A stretch of 64,000 bases of DNA from Squalus acanthias (lineage: Eukaryota). Shown here piece after piece: positions 12,000-22,440 of this stretch. The stretch's first letter is position 1; every line of letters starts with the position of its first letter. The notes under the pieces are model-generated. The model made no database searches. It was not told where the DNA came from and worked only from the letters and a program-made list of their open reading frames with translations. The stretch covers positions 140,928,001 to 140,992,000 of the forward strand of contig CM059431.1 in the NCBI GenBank assembly GCA_030390025.1, read 5' to 3'. The translations under genes were made by a program, and so were the position numbers.

Positions 12000-12754
12000 G
12001 GGCTGGATTTTGTCTTGGGGTCGGGTTGGGGTCGTGTCATCCGCATTTCGTGTTCCCGCCCCCCCAGCCCCGACTCCAGATTAATGTGGATGAATGATGC
12101 AATTTTCACTTAATTGGGCAATTGAGTTCCAGCATGTGGGAACCCATGAACTAATTAGTGGTTTCAGTCCGAAAGTCGCCTCCGATGATGTCATCATTGC
12201 TGCTGCATTGCAGGTCAGAGACTGCCTGCCTGGTCTCAGAGACTGCCTGGCTGTTGGTGAGAGATGACTTGGATGCGAGAGAGAGAGAGAGAGAGAGATG
12301 TTTTTCCATCCAGGTCCTCTCACAGCAAAGGCAGTCTCTGAAGACATTCAATGCAGCAGCATCAGAGGCGACTTTCAGACCTAATACTACTACTACCTTC
12401 ATCACATCTCCGTTCTAATAGCAGACCTGCAGCTGATAGTCAGCTATCCACTTGTGCTCCCGCCAGGTTTCACTGGAGTGTTTCACATCAGGCATACTTC
12501 ACGTCGGAAAAGGGTTAAACTAGCTAAAACGTTTCAAAATGGCATTACAGAGCCAATTTAGGACTTTTTAAGTGCTTTAATGGCCTCTCCCGCCTCTTGG
12601 AGGCGGGACGGAGTCGAGAATCCCGCGACTGATATTGTCAAAATTGCGTGGAGGCGGGATGGAGTCGGGATGTGTTCGGGACCCCCGAACCCGTAACTTT
12701 AACCCCCCCACACGCCTCCAAACCCGACTCCACGGGTCATTCAAAATCCAGCCC
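12000..12754. mobile_element. Non-autonomous DNA transposon (PIF/Harbinger-like MITE)
   Basis: 13-bp TIRs GGGCTGGATTTTG / CAAAATCCAGCCC. 3-bp TSD TTG on both sides. No coding capacity. Confidence 0.75.
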
Positions 12755-15321
12755 TTGGTGTTGGGTTTTACTTCCCTAACTTGTTGGTCTGGCGGAATTC
12801 CGGGACTGGGGAAAATGACATCTGGTCACTGAGAAAGCCGAAGCATTCTGACACAGACACTGACCGGCGGCAGCATTTCCTGTTCTAAGACACTCGGACT
12901 GTGACCTCATTTCCTGTGGCCCATCGTGAAGAGCGCCACAGTCTGGAGTCGGGGGCTCCTGATGACGTAGCGAGTGCTTCAAAAGTGGACCTGGTTCGTC
13001 ACACTTCTGACACCAACAGGCAATGGGTGCAACGCTCAGCCGATTCTGTGACGTGTCACCAATTATATTCAGGAGCTCCTGCTTCTTTCACTCTTCGCAG
13101 TTTGTATATTCAGCAGTTTCATTTGACTTTTGCAGTTCAAGGATAATAAATAAATCACAAATATTTATGGCTACTGTTTTTTCGGGATCATTAAACTTGT
13201 GGACATCAACTCTGGGCATTGATTTTCTTCCCATTAATGTAACATAAGATGTATTTAATTCCGGCTGTGGTAAAGATCCCTTAACATTCTTCTAGCATTG
13301 AGTGGAACAAGAGACAGATTCCGATGTTAAGGACGGCCGTCAGCCTCTGGACGGAGCTCTGTAATTCTCCACTAAAATTCTACAACCACAAAACTCTCTG
13401 CACTGTTATACAAACACATCTATGCGATCATCGTGTTCCAACATGTCGATACGCGATGGAGAACTTCGCGTGAGTTACACCCCAACTTTTTAAGTCTTTC
13501 TTTCGACACGATTATGCAATAATGTTTTAATAACATTTAAATCTGTTACTGAATCTAAGTATTTATGAGAGACTAGGTTTCATCTACAAGAAATAAAAAC
13601 GGACACACAATCCAAATAATGGCACTGCCCAAATAATTCTGACAGTAAAGAGTCTTGAAACAATTAGAGGCTTCTTCAAAGGTGTCGTTATTTTATCAGT
13701 TACTATTCGGAAAAGAGGAAAGATGTCACTAATTCCGTGATTTGACTGAACTTTCCGCCGCTTTACTGAATTATGTCGATTGGCAGCAGCGTATTTTCGA
13801 CCCGCCCAATTTTCTTTTTCATTATAGTAAATGAAAGTGGAAATTCGGTCGGGGTGTATGACTGGCGGACAGTCCGCTCCAGCCAGATTTCCGCCCAGAC
13901 CGAAATTGAAAATGACCTTAGATACAGAATATTCAGATTCCACTAATCCCAAATGTACTGATAACTACAGGCATGCAGTAGATGGAAGGCACCGCGATAA
14001 ACATACAATCCGACTGGGCGAAAAAAAATGCATGAAAGCCAATCAGTTAAACATTAATGTAAACCAACAAAGAAATTAATATCTGCGGCGCCCATCATTC
14101 GCAGAAGATGTATAAAGATCGAGCTGACACAGCGCTGCCTGTTTATATGTGTAACCCGGGATACTGAATAGAACAGCGGAAGCAGTCAGAGACAGTCCTC
14201 TGACTTTCTTACACATCCTGCAGTGTGAAAAGTGGATTTACCCAGTTGGAGGGTCAGCTTCTCTTCGAAATCTTACAACCTGCAACACATGTACTGCAGA
14301 ACAAATTGGAAAACATTTTCAACCGAGGCACTGAAATTAGCGGGCGGATAAAATGCTAGTTAATTGGCTCGAATCCTCATCTGAAGCATTTGCACCGATA
14401 AATGCTCTCAAACCCAGGTCCCCAGTGGTGCTGGACGGAGCTCCGAATACACCGCCTTGCACTGGGGGTACCCGTTCAATGCCAGTTGGTAAAAGGGACG
14501 AGGTTATACACGACAGTGTCTGTGCACCAACACACACAGCGGATTATTCCATGTAAATATCTGAGAGTCCTGTTTACTGATCCTTGCCTGAAATGCCCTG
14601 ATTATAAATTCTTATTTCTTACACTGTGTTAGTAGGTTACAGGGTCGCTGATTCACGTTAATATCACGCAGATTCACCATGATACATTTAGTAACAGCAA
14701 GTAACAACTTTATTTAATGTTGCTGAACAGACTTCAACTATTACTCAATAATCGAGACGTCAGAATAAACAGTAAAACGAGGCAACTCCAGTAAACATTC
14801 AAAAAATGCTGAAACATCGCAACACTGTGAAGGGGACAGCGGCACCGCTCCTTATTCGCAGGAGAAGAGGTGAAGCGGCCCTTGCAACTGCAATCAGTCC
14901 AAATAACATTTTCACCAAACCTGCGAGGAAAAAGTAACTGGACCGAGAGTTGTAAACGATAAAATCTTTCCCTAAAACTGGTGACTGATCCGGTCAATAT
15001 ATGGCAGAATTGATTGCATGTCCTCGCAGGATCAGATATTAAACCCGTTGATCAACTATTGTATTCCACTATTAAATTTCACTTCATCACTGACGTTTTT
15101 CATACTTAAGGGGGATGTCCTTGTTTGGGAGGAGAAACTCGACCAAAGAACTGCGGAAACCCACAGTCCTTGTTGGCGTTAAATGCTACAAAGGGCCCCA
15201 CATATACTCGCGTACCTGTGAGGTTTTTACAAGAACAATCCTATGTAGCGGTTAGTAGAGAGAACCCCACTCTAAGCTGGAACACGAGCTAGAACGGAAT
15301 TCTAATATCCCAACCGAAGCT

Positions 15322-15977
15322 CTAGTTCAGCTTTCTTTCATGTTTAACCAATCTTAGAATCAGTGTCCAGGGAGATTTCAGCATCTTCTTCAGCTCTTCT
15401 CTGAATCTCCTCTGGGTCGCTGCATAAATACACGTGTTCGGACAGGAACTCAAATGCTTCAGCATGGCTCCGGTTTCAGTGGCGACATAGGCTGGGTTTG
15501 TGCGGTCACCTCGGTAATAATTGACATCTGTCATTCTGGTAATCAAAAAATTCACTGCAGTTGTCAGCCACAGCAATATAAAACTGCCCGATATAGCGAA
15601 GAGCAAAATGATGGATTTCCTTCGGCTCTCCATCTCTGGATCGCTCTGTTTCTCACTGCTCTGACCCCGGAGTCCCCTGCGGGCTCTGCTGGCCATTAAT
15701 ATACGTTTGACGGTCAAACAATTAAACAAGGCCATTAAGGTAAACGGAAGCCAAACGAGCCATATGATGTGAAACCAGAGATACGCTTCACCTGGAGGGG
15801 AGGAAAAAAAAGCTACACTTGACCGACAGCCCCACTGCACCTTGTTAATTATTTGCTGAGATTCATCTGCAAACAAAACGACAATGCCCTTTAAAAAGAT
15901 TAGAACCGTGAACGTTGTTATAACCGCGGCCGCAGTTCTCTCGGTGCAATACTTTACTTTAAACTTCTGGCAGCAGA
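15322..15977 (-). pseudogene. GPR139/GPR142-like class A GPCR, exon 2 3' part (TM4-TM7), cut off by the ERV
   Basis: CCQKFKVKYCTERTAAAVI...DPEMESRRKSIILLFAISGSF...SSCPNTCIYAATQRRFREEL. The frame is open up to the TAG. Confidence 0.9.
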
Positions 15978-16493
15978 TGATGTAAGCTCCCAAAGTGCGG
16001 ACCCAGTGATATACAAGGTCGACGCTACTGGCTTGTTGGAAGAAAGACTGACCAAGTAATTGAAGTCACAACGGTTTATTACAGGCCTGGGGAGAACCTC
16101 TCATGTCGCTTACATGAGTACATCTCCACCGAGCTAATGAAAACACACATATTTATATCCAATCAGGTTTAAAAGTTACACACAATGCTAGGTCTAAAAA
16201 CACATTACTCGTTTTACAAATATTTCTGTCTTGCCTTTACAGAGATCCAATTAGGTTTAAAAGTTACTTGGTTAGCAAACATTTCTGTCTCGCCTTATGG
16301 GGATCTCGTTATCCGAGGGTGGCTGTAAAAGTTACATACAATGCTATCTGTAAATCTCGTTGAAGGAGGTAGACTCCGAAAGCTTGTAAGGTGTTGTGTG
16401 ACTTGAAACAAATCTCGTTAAAGGCCTGGCTTTCTGCAAATGAGTCATGCCCGAATTGCCCTGGTTATATCCAATTTTTAATATCTTACTTCA
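15978..16493 (-). repeat. ERV 3' LTR
   Basis: No difference from 23172-23687 seen by eye. On the - strand: ATTGG + TATAAA (16152-16157) and AATAAA (16075-16080). Confidence 0.95.
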
Positions 16494-16506
16494 ATTCCCC
16501 CCTTTT
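16494..16506 (-). other. ERV polypurine tract
   Basis: AAAAGGGGGGAAT immediately before the 3' LTR. Confidence 0.9.
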
Positions 16507-17300
16507 GACCTATTGGACAACTGTTCCAATACAGGTCAACATGTATTCCTATTGCCTGGTGTCTGCCTGAGCGTGCACTCTCTGGCCTTCTACCAGTCTA
16601 GGTTATACATGGGTATGACATAAACCAATTTATAAGCCGGTTTCACCCCACGCGGTATATGTGGACTTATTATTTTCTTGTCTTGGTTCTATGTTGCCAT
16701 CCCCGGGGCCCAAGAGCCCTGCATCAATGGTTTGGGCTTCTGGTTCGAGCTCGTCCTCCATTCCCTCGGTGGGTGCGTGACGTGTCCTTTCGAGACTGTC
16801 ATCACTCACCAATCCTGTTTCTGCCACTCCCGTCTTACGGTTGGCCGGCCTGGTTATTAATTACCATGTCCAATTCATCCCTTGTAATTTTAGGGCTATA
16901 GATCGGGTCTTACACCATCATGGCTTTACCTAATCTTTGAGCAGCAAGAATACACAGTATATTGTAATAACAATCACGAGGAATATCATTATGCTTTGCA
17001 CCACTGAGGCGCCCAACGTCCCCGACCAGATACTTGATTATCTTCCTTTTTGTCAGCCGTCCCTTCTTCCGTCGTTCTTCTAATTTGTCCTGTGGAAATA
17101 CAAGGCTGGTCGTCACCAGCAGTTAGTTATTCCATTCTTACTACTTTGCCAGTCTCCCAGATCTATTGAAACATACAGACCACGAAGAATGTTACTATCA
17201 TAATGCAACAGGATCATATTAACGCGAATACAAGGATGTCCTGTCCCTTTGGACCCTATGCAAATAATCCTTGCTTTCCTTGTACAATATGATTTCTGGG

Positions 17301-20300
17301 TTATTCATCAGCTTCTTTGTATAATTTTAATTGTGTCCAGTGTTTCCATCTTCCCTTTCCAGTGCCGTGCAGGTCTATGCATGCACAAGTGTCGCTGGTC
17401 ATTAATACCAAATAGGGTCCTTCCCACCGGGGCCGTAACCCAGGTTTTATTGGAATTATTCTAGACATTACCTGACTTCCCACCCCAGGTATGACTTTCT
17501 TTTGTTCCTCGGTATCCCTCTCCAGATCCTTGATTATCTGCTGGTCTCTAGCCTCCTGTCTCAGCCCGTGCAGTTCCGCACATAATTGCTTTATGAACCT
17601 TCTGATTCTGTCCTTTAAAGGTCCCACATCTTCCCCTCCGGTCACTACTCCTTCGGGAAGCGCCATTGCCCGTCCCGTCATTAATTCAAAAGGGGTCAGT
17701 CCGGTGGTGCTATTTGGTGTGGCCCTTAGTCTCATTAGGATTGTGGGTAACAGTTCCGCCCATCCCTGCCCCGTCTCCACAATGGCCTTTGTGAGAGATC
17801 GTTTTAAGGTCCGATTCATTCGTTCCACCATTCCTGAACTTTCGGGATGGTAAGGTATATGAAATTTCTGCTTTACGCCCAACAGGGCGCAAGCCTCTTT
17901 CATTACCTTTCCGGTAAAGTGTGTTCCATTATCTGAATCTATTTGTAATGGGACTCCCCACCGGGGTATTATTTCTTCTGCCAAGATCCGGGCCACTGTA
18001 CTGGCGGTACAGTTTCGGGTGGCAAAAGCTTCCACCCACCTTGTGAATTGGTCAATTATTACCAGACAGTAGGTTTTTCCTTTGCTTTTGGTTAATGGTC
18101 CTGTAAAGTCTATTTGTAGTTTCTCCCAGGGTCCCTTGGGTCTTGGCTGTCTACCCCATTTTACCTTTACTGGTTTTCCGGTGTTACATTGCGCACAAAT
18201 GTGGCAATCCTTACAATACTTCCTTATACTGCTTGATAGTCCGGGCCACCACCAGCATTGGCCTATGTTATTTATCATTCGGCTGGCCCCTGTATGGGCT
18301 TGTCCGTGATACAACCTCATTAGTTCCTGTTGGATACACTCCGGTGCACAGACCCGTCCCTCCTTCCTCCAGAACTTATCTCTGGATAGCATTACTCCCT
18401 TCTTTTCCCAAATGTTCAGCTCAGGTTCTGGTATGCCTTGATGTAACTTAACAATATTATACTCAAGTGGTATTAATGGGACTGGGGCTCCCCCTATCGG
18501 TGTTACATTGCCACAGGGCGCCTCCGTCATAACCTTGGCGGCCAGGTCTGCCGCTCTGTTACCTTGTTCTTGTGGAGTTTTTCCTTTGGTGTGCGCTTTA
18601 ACCTTTATTACTGCTAACTCCGTTGGTCCGCGCGCGGCATTCACCAAGGACTTTACTACGTCCAGGTGTTGGATGGGGGCTCCCCCAGAGGTGATGTACC
18701 CCCTCCTACTCCATGCGGCCATATAATCATGTACTATTCCGAAGGCGTAGCGGCTGTCGGTATATACATTAACCCTTTTTCCCATAGCCAGTTTCAGGGC
18801 TTCCGTTAAGGCTGTTAGTTCTGCGACCTGGGCAGATTTATCCCCTGGGAGAGTTCCGGCTTGTAACACCATCCCTTCCCCATTTACCACCGCCCAGCCT
18901 ATCCTCGGCTTTCCCTGTACATATTTTCGGGATCCATCTACATATAACTCCAAGTCCGCTTCGGCCAAGGGTATTTCTTTTATTTTGTCTAGGTCATTTT
19001 CTGGCTCTTCCTCATTCATGCATTGGTGGTCCTCTCCTTCCATGATCATCATGGAGGCTGGGTTCTGCCCCATATCCCTGACTATCTGTATTGACTTGTC
19101 TTTGGGTAATAGTACCGCCTCCCAGGCTGCTCGTCGAGCATTTGAGACAGACTTCAGTCGTCCCGTATTAAGTAATTCTACCAGGGTGTGCTGGGTGTGT
19201 AGTACAATATCTCCGGTCATTATAATCGGTTCACTGACCTGTACTGACCATCTGGCACAGTCTATAGCGGCCACGCAGCGGGGCATACCTGCCACGATGG
19301 GGGATCGTCTAGTGGAATAGTAGGCCACCGATCTCATGTTTCCTCCGTGCTCCTGGGCTACTACGGCGCTATAGTGTCCATCATGATTGTGACAGAATAT
19401 GTGATAGGGTCTCTCTTGATCAGGTAATCCTAACGCGGGGGCGGCGGTCAGGGCTTGTTTAAGTTTGGTAAATGCTTCTTCCTGAGTGGATGTCCACCCG
19501 ATGGGTTCTCCTGCTGCCCTACCCCCCTTTGTTAATTCATACAGAGGCGCGGCCATGTGTGAGAAGCCTTCTATAAAGTTCCGGCTAAAGTTAAAGAGAC
19601 CGAGTACCTGTCGTACTCCTCTCACGTTTATGGGCCTTGGCATTTGGCTGATTGCCTCCTTCCTTTCCTCTGGCATAGCCCTTTTCCCCATACTGACCCT
19701 ATACCCGAGGTATGTGACTTCCAATTTTCCTACCTGGGCTTTGGCTGGGTTTGCTTTAAAACCCGCCTCCCGTAGGGTTGAAAAGACCTTTACCAGGGCC
19801 CCCTTATGTCCCACTTTCGTTTCTGACGCTATTAGGAGGTCATCCACGTATTGTAAGAGGGTACTATTTTCACCCTCTAAGTCTAGGTCTTCAAGAGCTC
19901 TGGCCATGTGGCGGTGAAAAATGGCTGGACTGTTATGTAATCCTTGTGGGACCCGTGTCCATGTATACTGTTTGCCGCCTATTGTAAAGGCGAACTTTTC
20001 CTGTGATTCCTCATGCAGGGGAATGGACCAGAACCCGTTTGCGATGTCTAACACGGTGAATATTTTGTGTTCTGGTTTTAAACCGTTAAAGATAGTAGCT
20101 GGGCTTGCTACAATTGGATATTCCTTTGGGGTCACTTTATTTAAGGCTGTGTAATCGATTGTAAGTCGATATGACGCATCAGGTTTCTTTACGGGCCATA
20201 CTGGAGAGTTAGTGCCGGACACTGTTTCTCGCAGAATTCCCTGTTTCACGAGTTCCAATACTATACTCCGTACGGCTGTCTGGGCCTCCACTTTTAGGGG

Positions 20301-20864
20301 ATATTGTTTATGGGGTCGGTGGGTTGGCCCGGGGACTCTGACTGGGTTCATCTTAACCAGTCCGCAGTCCTGCTTGTGTTTGGCCCATAGTTCGGGGAAT
20401 CGGTGGCAAATTGCCCCCCACCCTCCCTTTTCGTCCCATTTGGGGTCTATTATTTGGATAGCGCTGATGGCACATGCTGTCTTGGATCCCTTTGAGTTAT
20501 GTCTCCCTTCCTTGTGGTTATCGGGCCATAGCAACTTATCCTGTTTGGGGTCTATTAAAACTCCCACTTCCCTTAGTATGTCTATACCCAGGATGGTTCC
20601 CTCAGTATTCTCACAGATCCAGAAACATGTAGGTATAATGAATTTTCCCAATTCTAGTAATACTGTCTCACTTTTCCATGCTTTAATTTTTACTCCCCCT
20701 ATCCCAGATATAAAAATATTTTCCTTGGTTCGCGGCAAGGGTACGTTTGTTAGAGATATTGCTGCCCCGGTGTCTATGAGCATTCTGCACTGTCGGCCCC
20801 CTACCAGTGCCTCAATAAACATTCTAGGGTCTCCCTTTACCGGGTCTCCGAGGGCCGCTACCTT
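17301..20864 (-). CDS. pol: ERV pol (PR-RT-tether-RNase H-IN), uninterrupted
   Basis: LIDTGA. SPVWPVKK, LDIANGF, PQG and YVDD. Degenerate RH tether, then YVDGS, AEL, YTDS and GNRAAD. HHCC, then IDF, DSD and VER. In frame with gag after a single TGA. Confidence 0.95.
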   Translation of the reverse strand, partial: KVAALGDPVKGDPRMFIEALVGGRQCRMLIDTGAAISLTNVPLPRTKENIFISGIGGVKIKAWKSETVLLELGKFIIPTCFWICENTEGTILGIDILREVGVLIDPKQDKLLWPDNHKEGRHNSKGSKTACAISAIQIIDPKWDEKGGWGAICHRFPELWAKHKQDCGLVKMNPVRVPGPTHRPHKQYPLKVEAQTAVRSIVLELVKQGILRETVSGTNSPVWPVKKPDASYRLTIDYTALNKVTPKEYPIVASPATIFNGLKPEHKIFTVLDIANGFWSIPLHEESQEKFAFTIGGKQYTWTRVPQGLHNSPAIFHRHMARALEDLDLEGENSTLLQYVDDLLIASETKVGHKGALVKVFSTLREAGFKANPAKAQVGKLEVTYLGYRVSMGKRAMPEERKEAISQMPRPINVRGVRQVLGLFNFSRNFIEGFSHMAAPLYELTKGGRAAGEPIGWTSTQEEAFTKLKQALTAAPALGLPDQERPYHIFCHNHDGHYSAVVAQEHGGNMRSVAYYSTRRSPIVAGMPRCVAAIDCARWSVQVSEPIIMTGDIVLHTQHTLVELLNTGRLKSVSNARRAAWEAVLLPKDKSIQIVRDMGQNPASMMIMEGEDHQCMNEEEPENDLDKIKEIPLAEADLELYVDGSRKYVQGKPRIGWAVVNGEGMVLQAGTLPGDKSAQVAELTALTEALKLAMGKRVNVYTDSRYAFGIVHDYMAAWSRRGYITSGGAPIQHLDVVKSLVNAARGPTELAVIKVKAHTKGKTPQEQGNRAADLAAKVMTEAPCGNVTPIGGAPVPLIPLEYNIVKLHQGIPEPELNIWEKKGVMLSRDKFWRKEGRVCAPECIQQELMRLYHGQAHTGASRMINNIGQCWWWPGLSSSIRKYCKDCHICAQCNTGKPVKVKWGRQPRPKGPWEKLQIDFTGPLTKSKGKTYCLVIIDQFTRWVEAFATRNCTASTVARILAEEIIPRWGVPLQIDSDNGTHFTGKVMKEACALLGVKQKFHIPYHPESSGMVERMNRTLKRSLTKAIVETGQGWAELLPTILMRLRATPNSTTGLTPFELMTGRAMALPEGVVTGGEDVGPLKDRIRRFIKQLCAELHGLRQEARDQQIIKDLERDTEEQKKVIPGVGSQVMSRIIPIKPGLRPRWEGPYLVLMTSDTCACIDLHGTGKGRWKHWTQLKLYKEADE

Positions 20865-22411
20865 TCAGGCGTTGCCTTTTTTTATCTGTTTGACCAGTTT
20901 TTCCATTTTCCTTGTCAGCTCCACTATGTCTTCCTCGTCGGAGGTGTCTGAGGAATCATCTCTCTTATACTTCCTACTCTTTCTCCTCTTCCTTTCTTCT
21001 CTTTCTCTGTCATCCTCCCAGTCTTGCATTCCCTTCCTGATCAGTTTCGCCATGCTTTCCTCGTTATTCTCTGACCTTCCAATACTTGACCCCGGTTTTC
21101 CTCCCTGTCTAGGTCCCTGACCTTCCCTTCCTCCTCCTTTATTCCAACATTGTTGTTTCCTATGCCCTGGTTTTCCACAATTATGACAGGAAGCCTTTTG
21201 CTGAGATGTCTGATTATCCCCTTTGTTCTGTTGCCTCGGGCAATCCCTTTTCATGTGGCCCTCCTGTCCGCAACCGAAGCATGCCGCCACACTTAATGCA
21301 TCCTCATTGTCGCTATCCGTCCTTAGGGCAGCTATTTTAGGTTTGGCTTGTTCTTGGACCTGATTATCTACTTCGCACGCCCACTGTATTAAGTCCTCCC
21401 AATTATGGTGGACCACTAGCCCCATTTTTATTGCATTCTGGTGCATTGGACTTAGTCCCTGTTTAAATGTTTGCAGAAAACAAGCGTTGTTTTTGTTTAA
21501 GGGGCCTGGGATCCCACAGTTACCCTCAAAGGCGGACCACTTTCGTTTTCCATAATCGATAGCGCTTTCTCCCTTTTTTTGTGTGATTCCGCTTATAGCT
21601 GCCCAATTTACGGGGGCCTGTCCCATTGCTGCTTCCACAGCGGCCTTGAATTGGTCGAACTCAGTGTTTAATTGTTGGATTGTCTGTCCTGTATTTGTGC
21701 CCCACTGGCCATTTCCGTGGTTGCCCTGCACTAATCTCCACTGTTCCTCGGGACATTTAGCTCGTACCAATTGATCGATATCTATACTATGTAGGGCATG
21801 GTTTATGCGTACTTCGCGCAGTTTGTGCCAGAATGTCTGATTATTCTGGCGGTGTTTTAAGGCTGGTAATTCATTGAGGAGAATCACCCGATCCTGCAGG
21901 CTTAACGGTGTGTAGGTCAACGTTGTGGTGGCCGGCCTGCCCGGTACTGCCGGGACGGCCGGATTCCCCCCTGCCGCCGGAATTTCCGGAACCGCGGGGA
22001 TTGCTGGCCTATATTGCAGTGTCACTGGTGCCATCGGAACAGGCTCCGGGGCTGCCGACTGGTGTCCTGTATATGGGGGAGGACAGCCAGTCGGCCCCCC
22101 CTGGGCAGCTCCGGGTATAACCTTTCCTGGGAGTTACCCGGTTTTGGGTTGGCTGCAGCTGCTGGATATGTTTTAAGGGCTCCGCGCTGGAGCATACGTT
22201 CCCGATCGTATCGTGCCGCTACGATAATGCACGCTTTCTCCAATTTATTTTTGGTTTGTTTCCTCCACCAGTCCCTTTGTGTGTCTGGTTTATCGTCCTG
22301 GTTCCACCCTGCCTTTCTCATTTTCTCAATTAATTTTTTATTCTTGTCGTAAACATATCGTGTTACAGACTCTGGGTCTCCCCAGGGTTCCTTATCCTCT
22401 TTGCTAGCCAT
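20865..22411 (-). CDS. gag: ERV gag (about 515 aa), split by a 1-nt frameshift in a G7 run at 22095-22101
   Basis: ORFs 22022-22411 and 20865-22034 join as LYPELPRGGPTGCPPPY...MAPV if one G is added. MHR-like ITQKKGESAIDY. Two CCHC knuckles. Confidence 0.85.
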
Positions 22412-22440
22412 AGTTTATTTATTTATTTATTTATTTATTT

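Noticed and set aside
12760..15300. Apparently unique sequence with short ORFs and a GTGAGT donor-like site near 13470
   Set aside because: No coherent exon chain or recognisable protein could be assembled.
15973..15993. ORF-track start 'MGAYII' for a 223-aa GPCR
   Set aside because: The start is a TTG inside the ERV LTR. The true N-terminus is at 24435.
20212..21120. 302-aa antisense ORF over the gag-pol junction
   Set aside because: It starts at a non-ATG codon and mirrors the sense codons (Ser/Leu/Phe runs opposite the Glu/Arg/Lys tract). No independent evidence for it.
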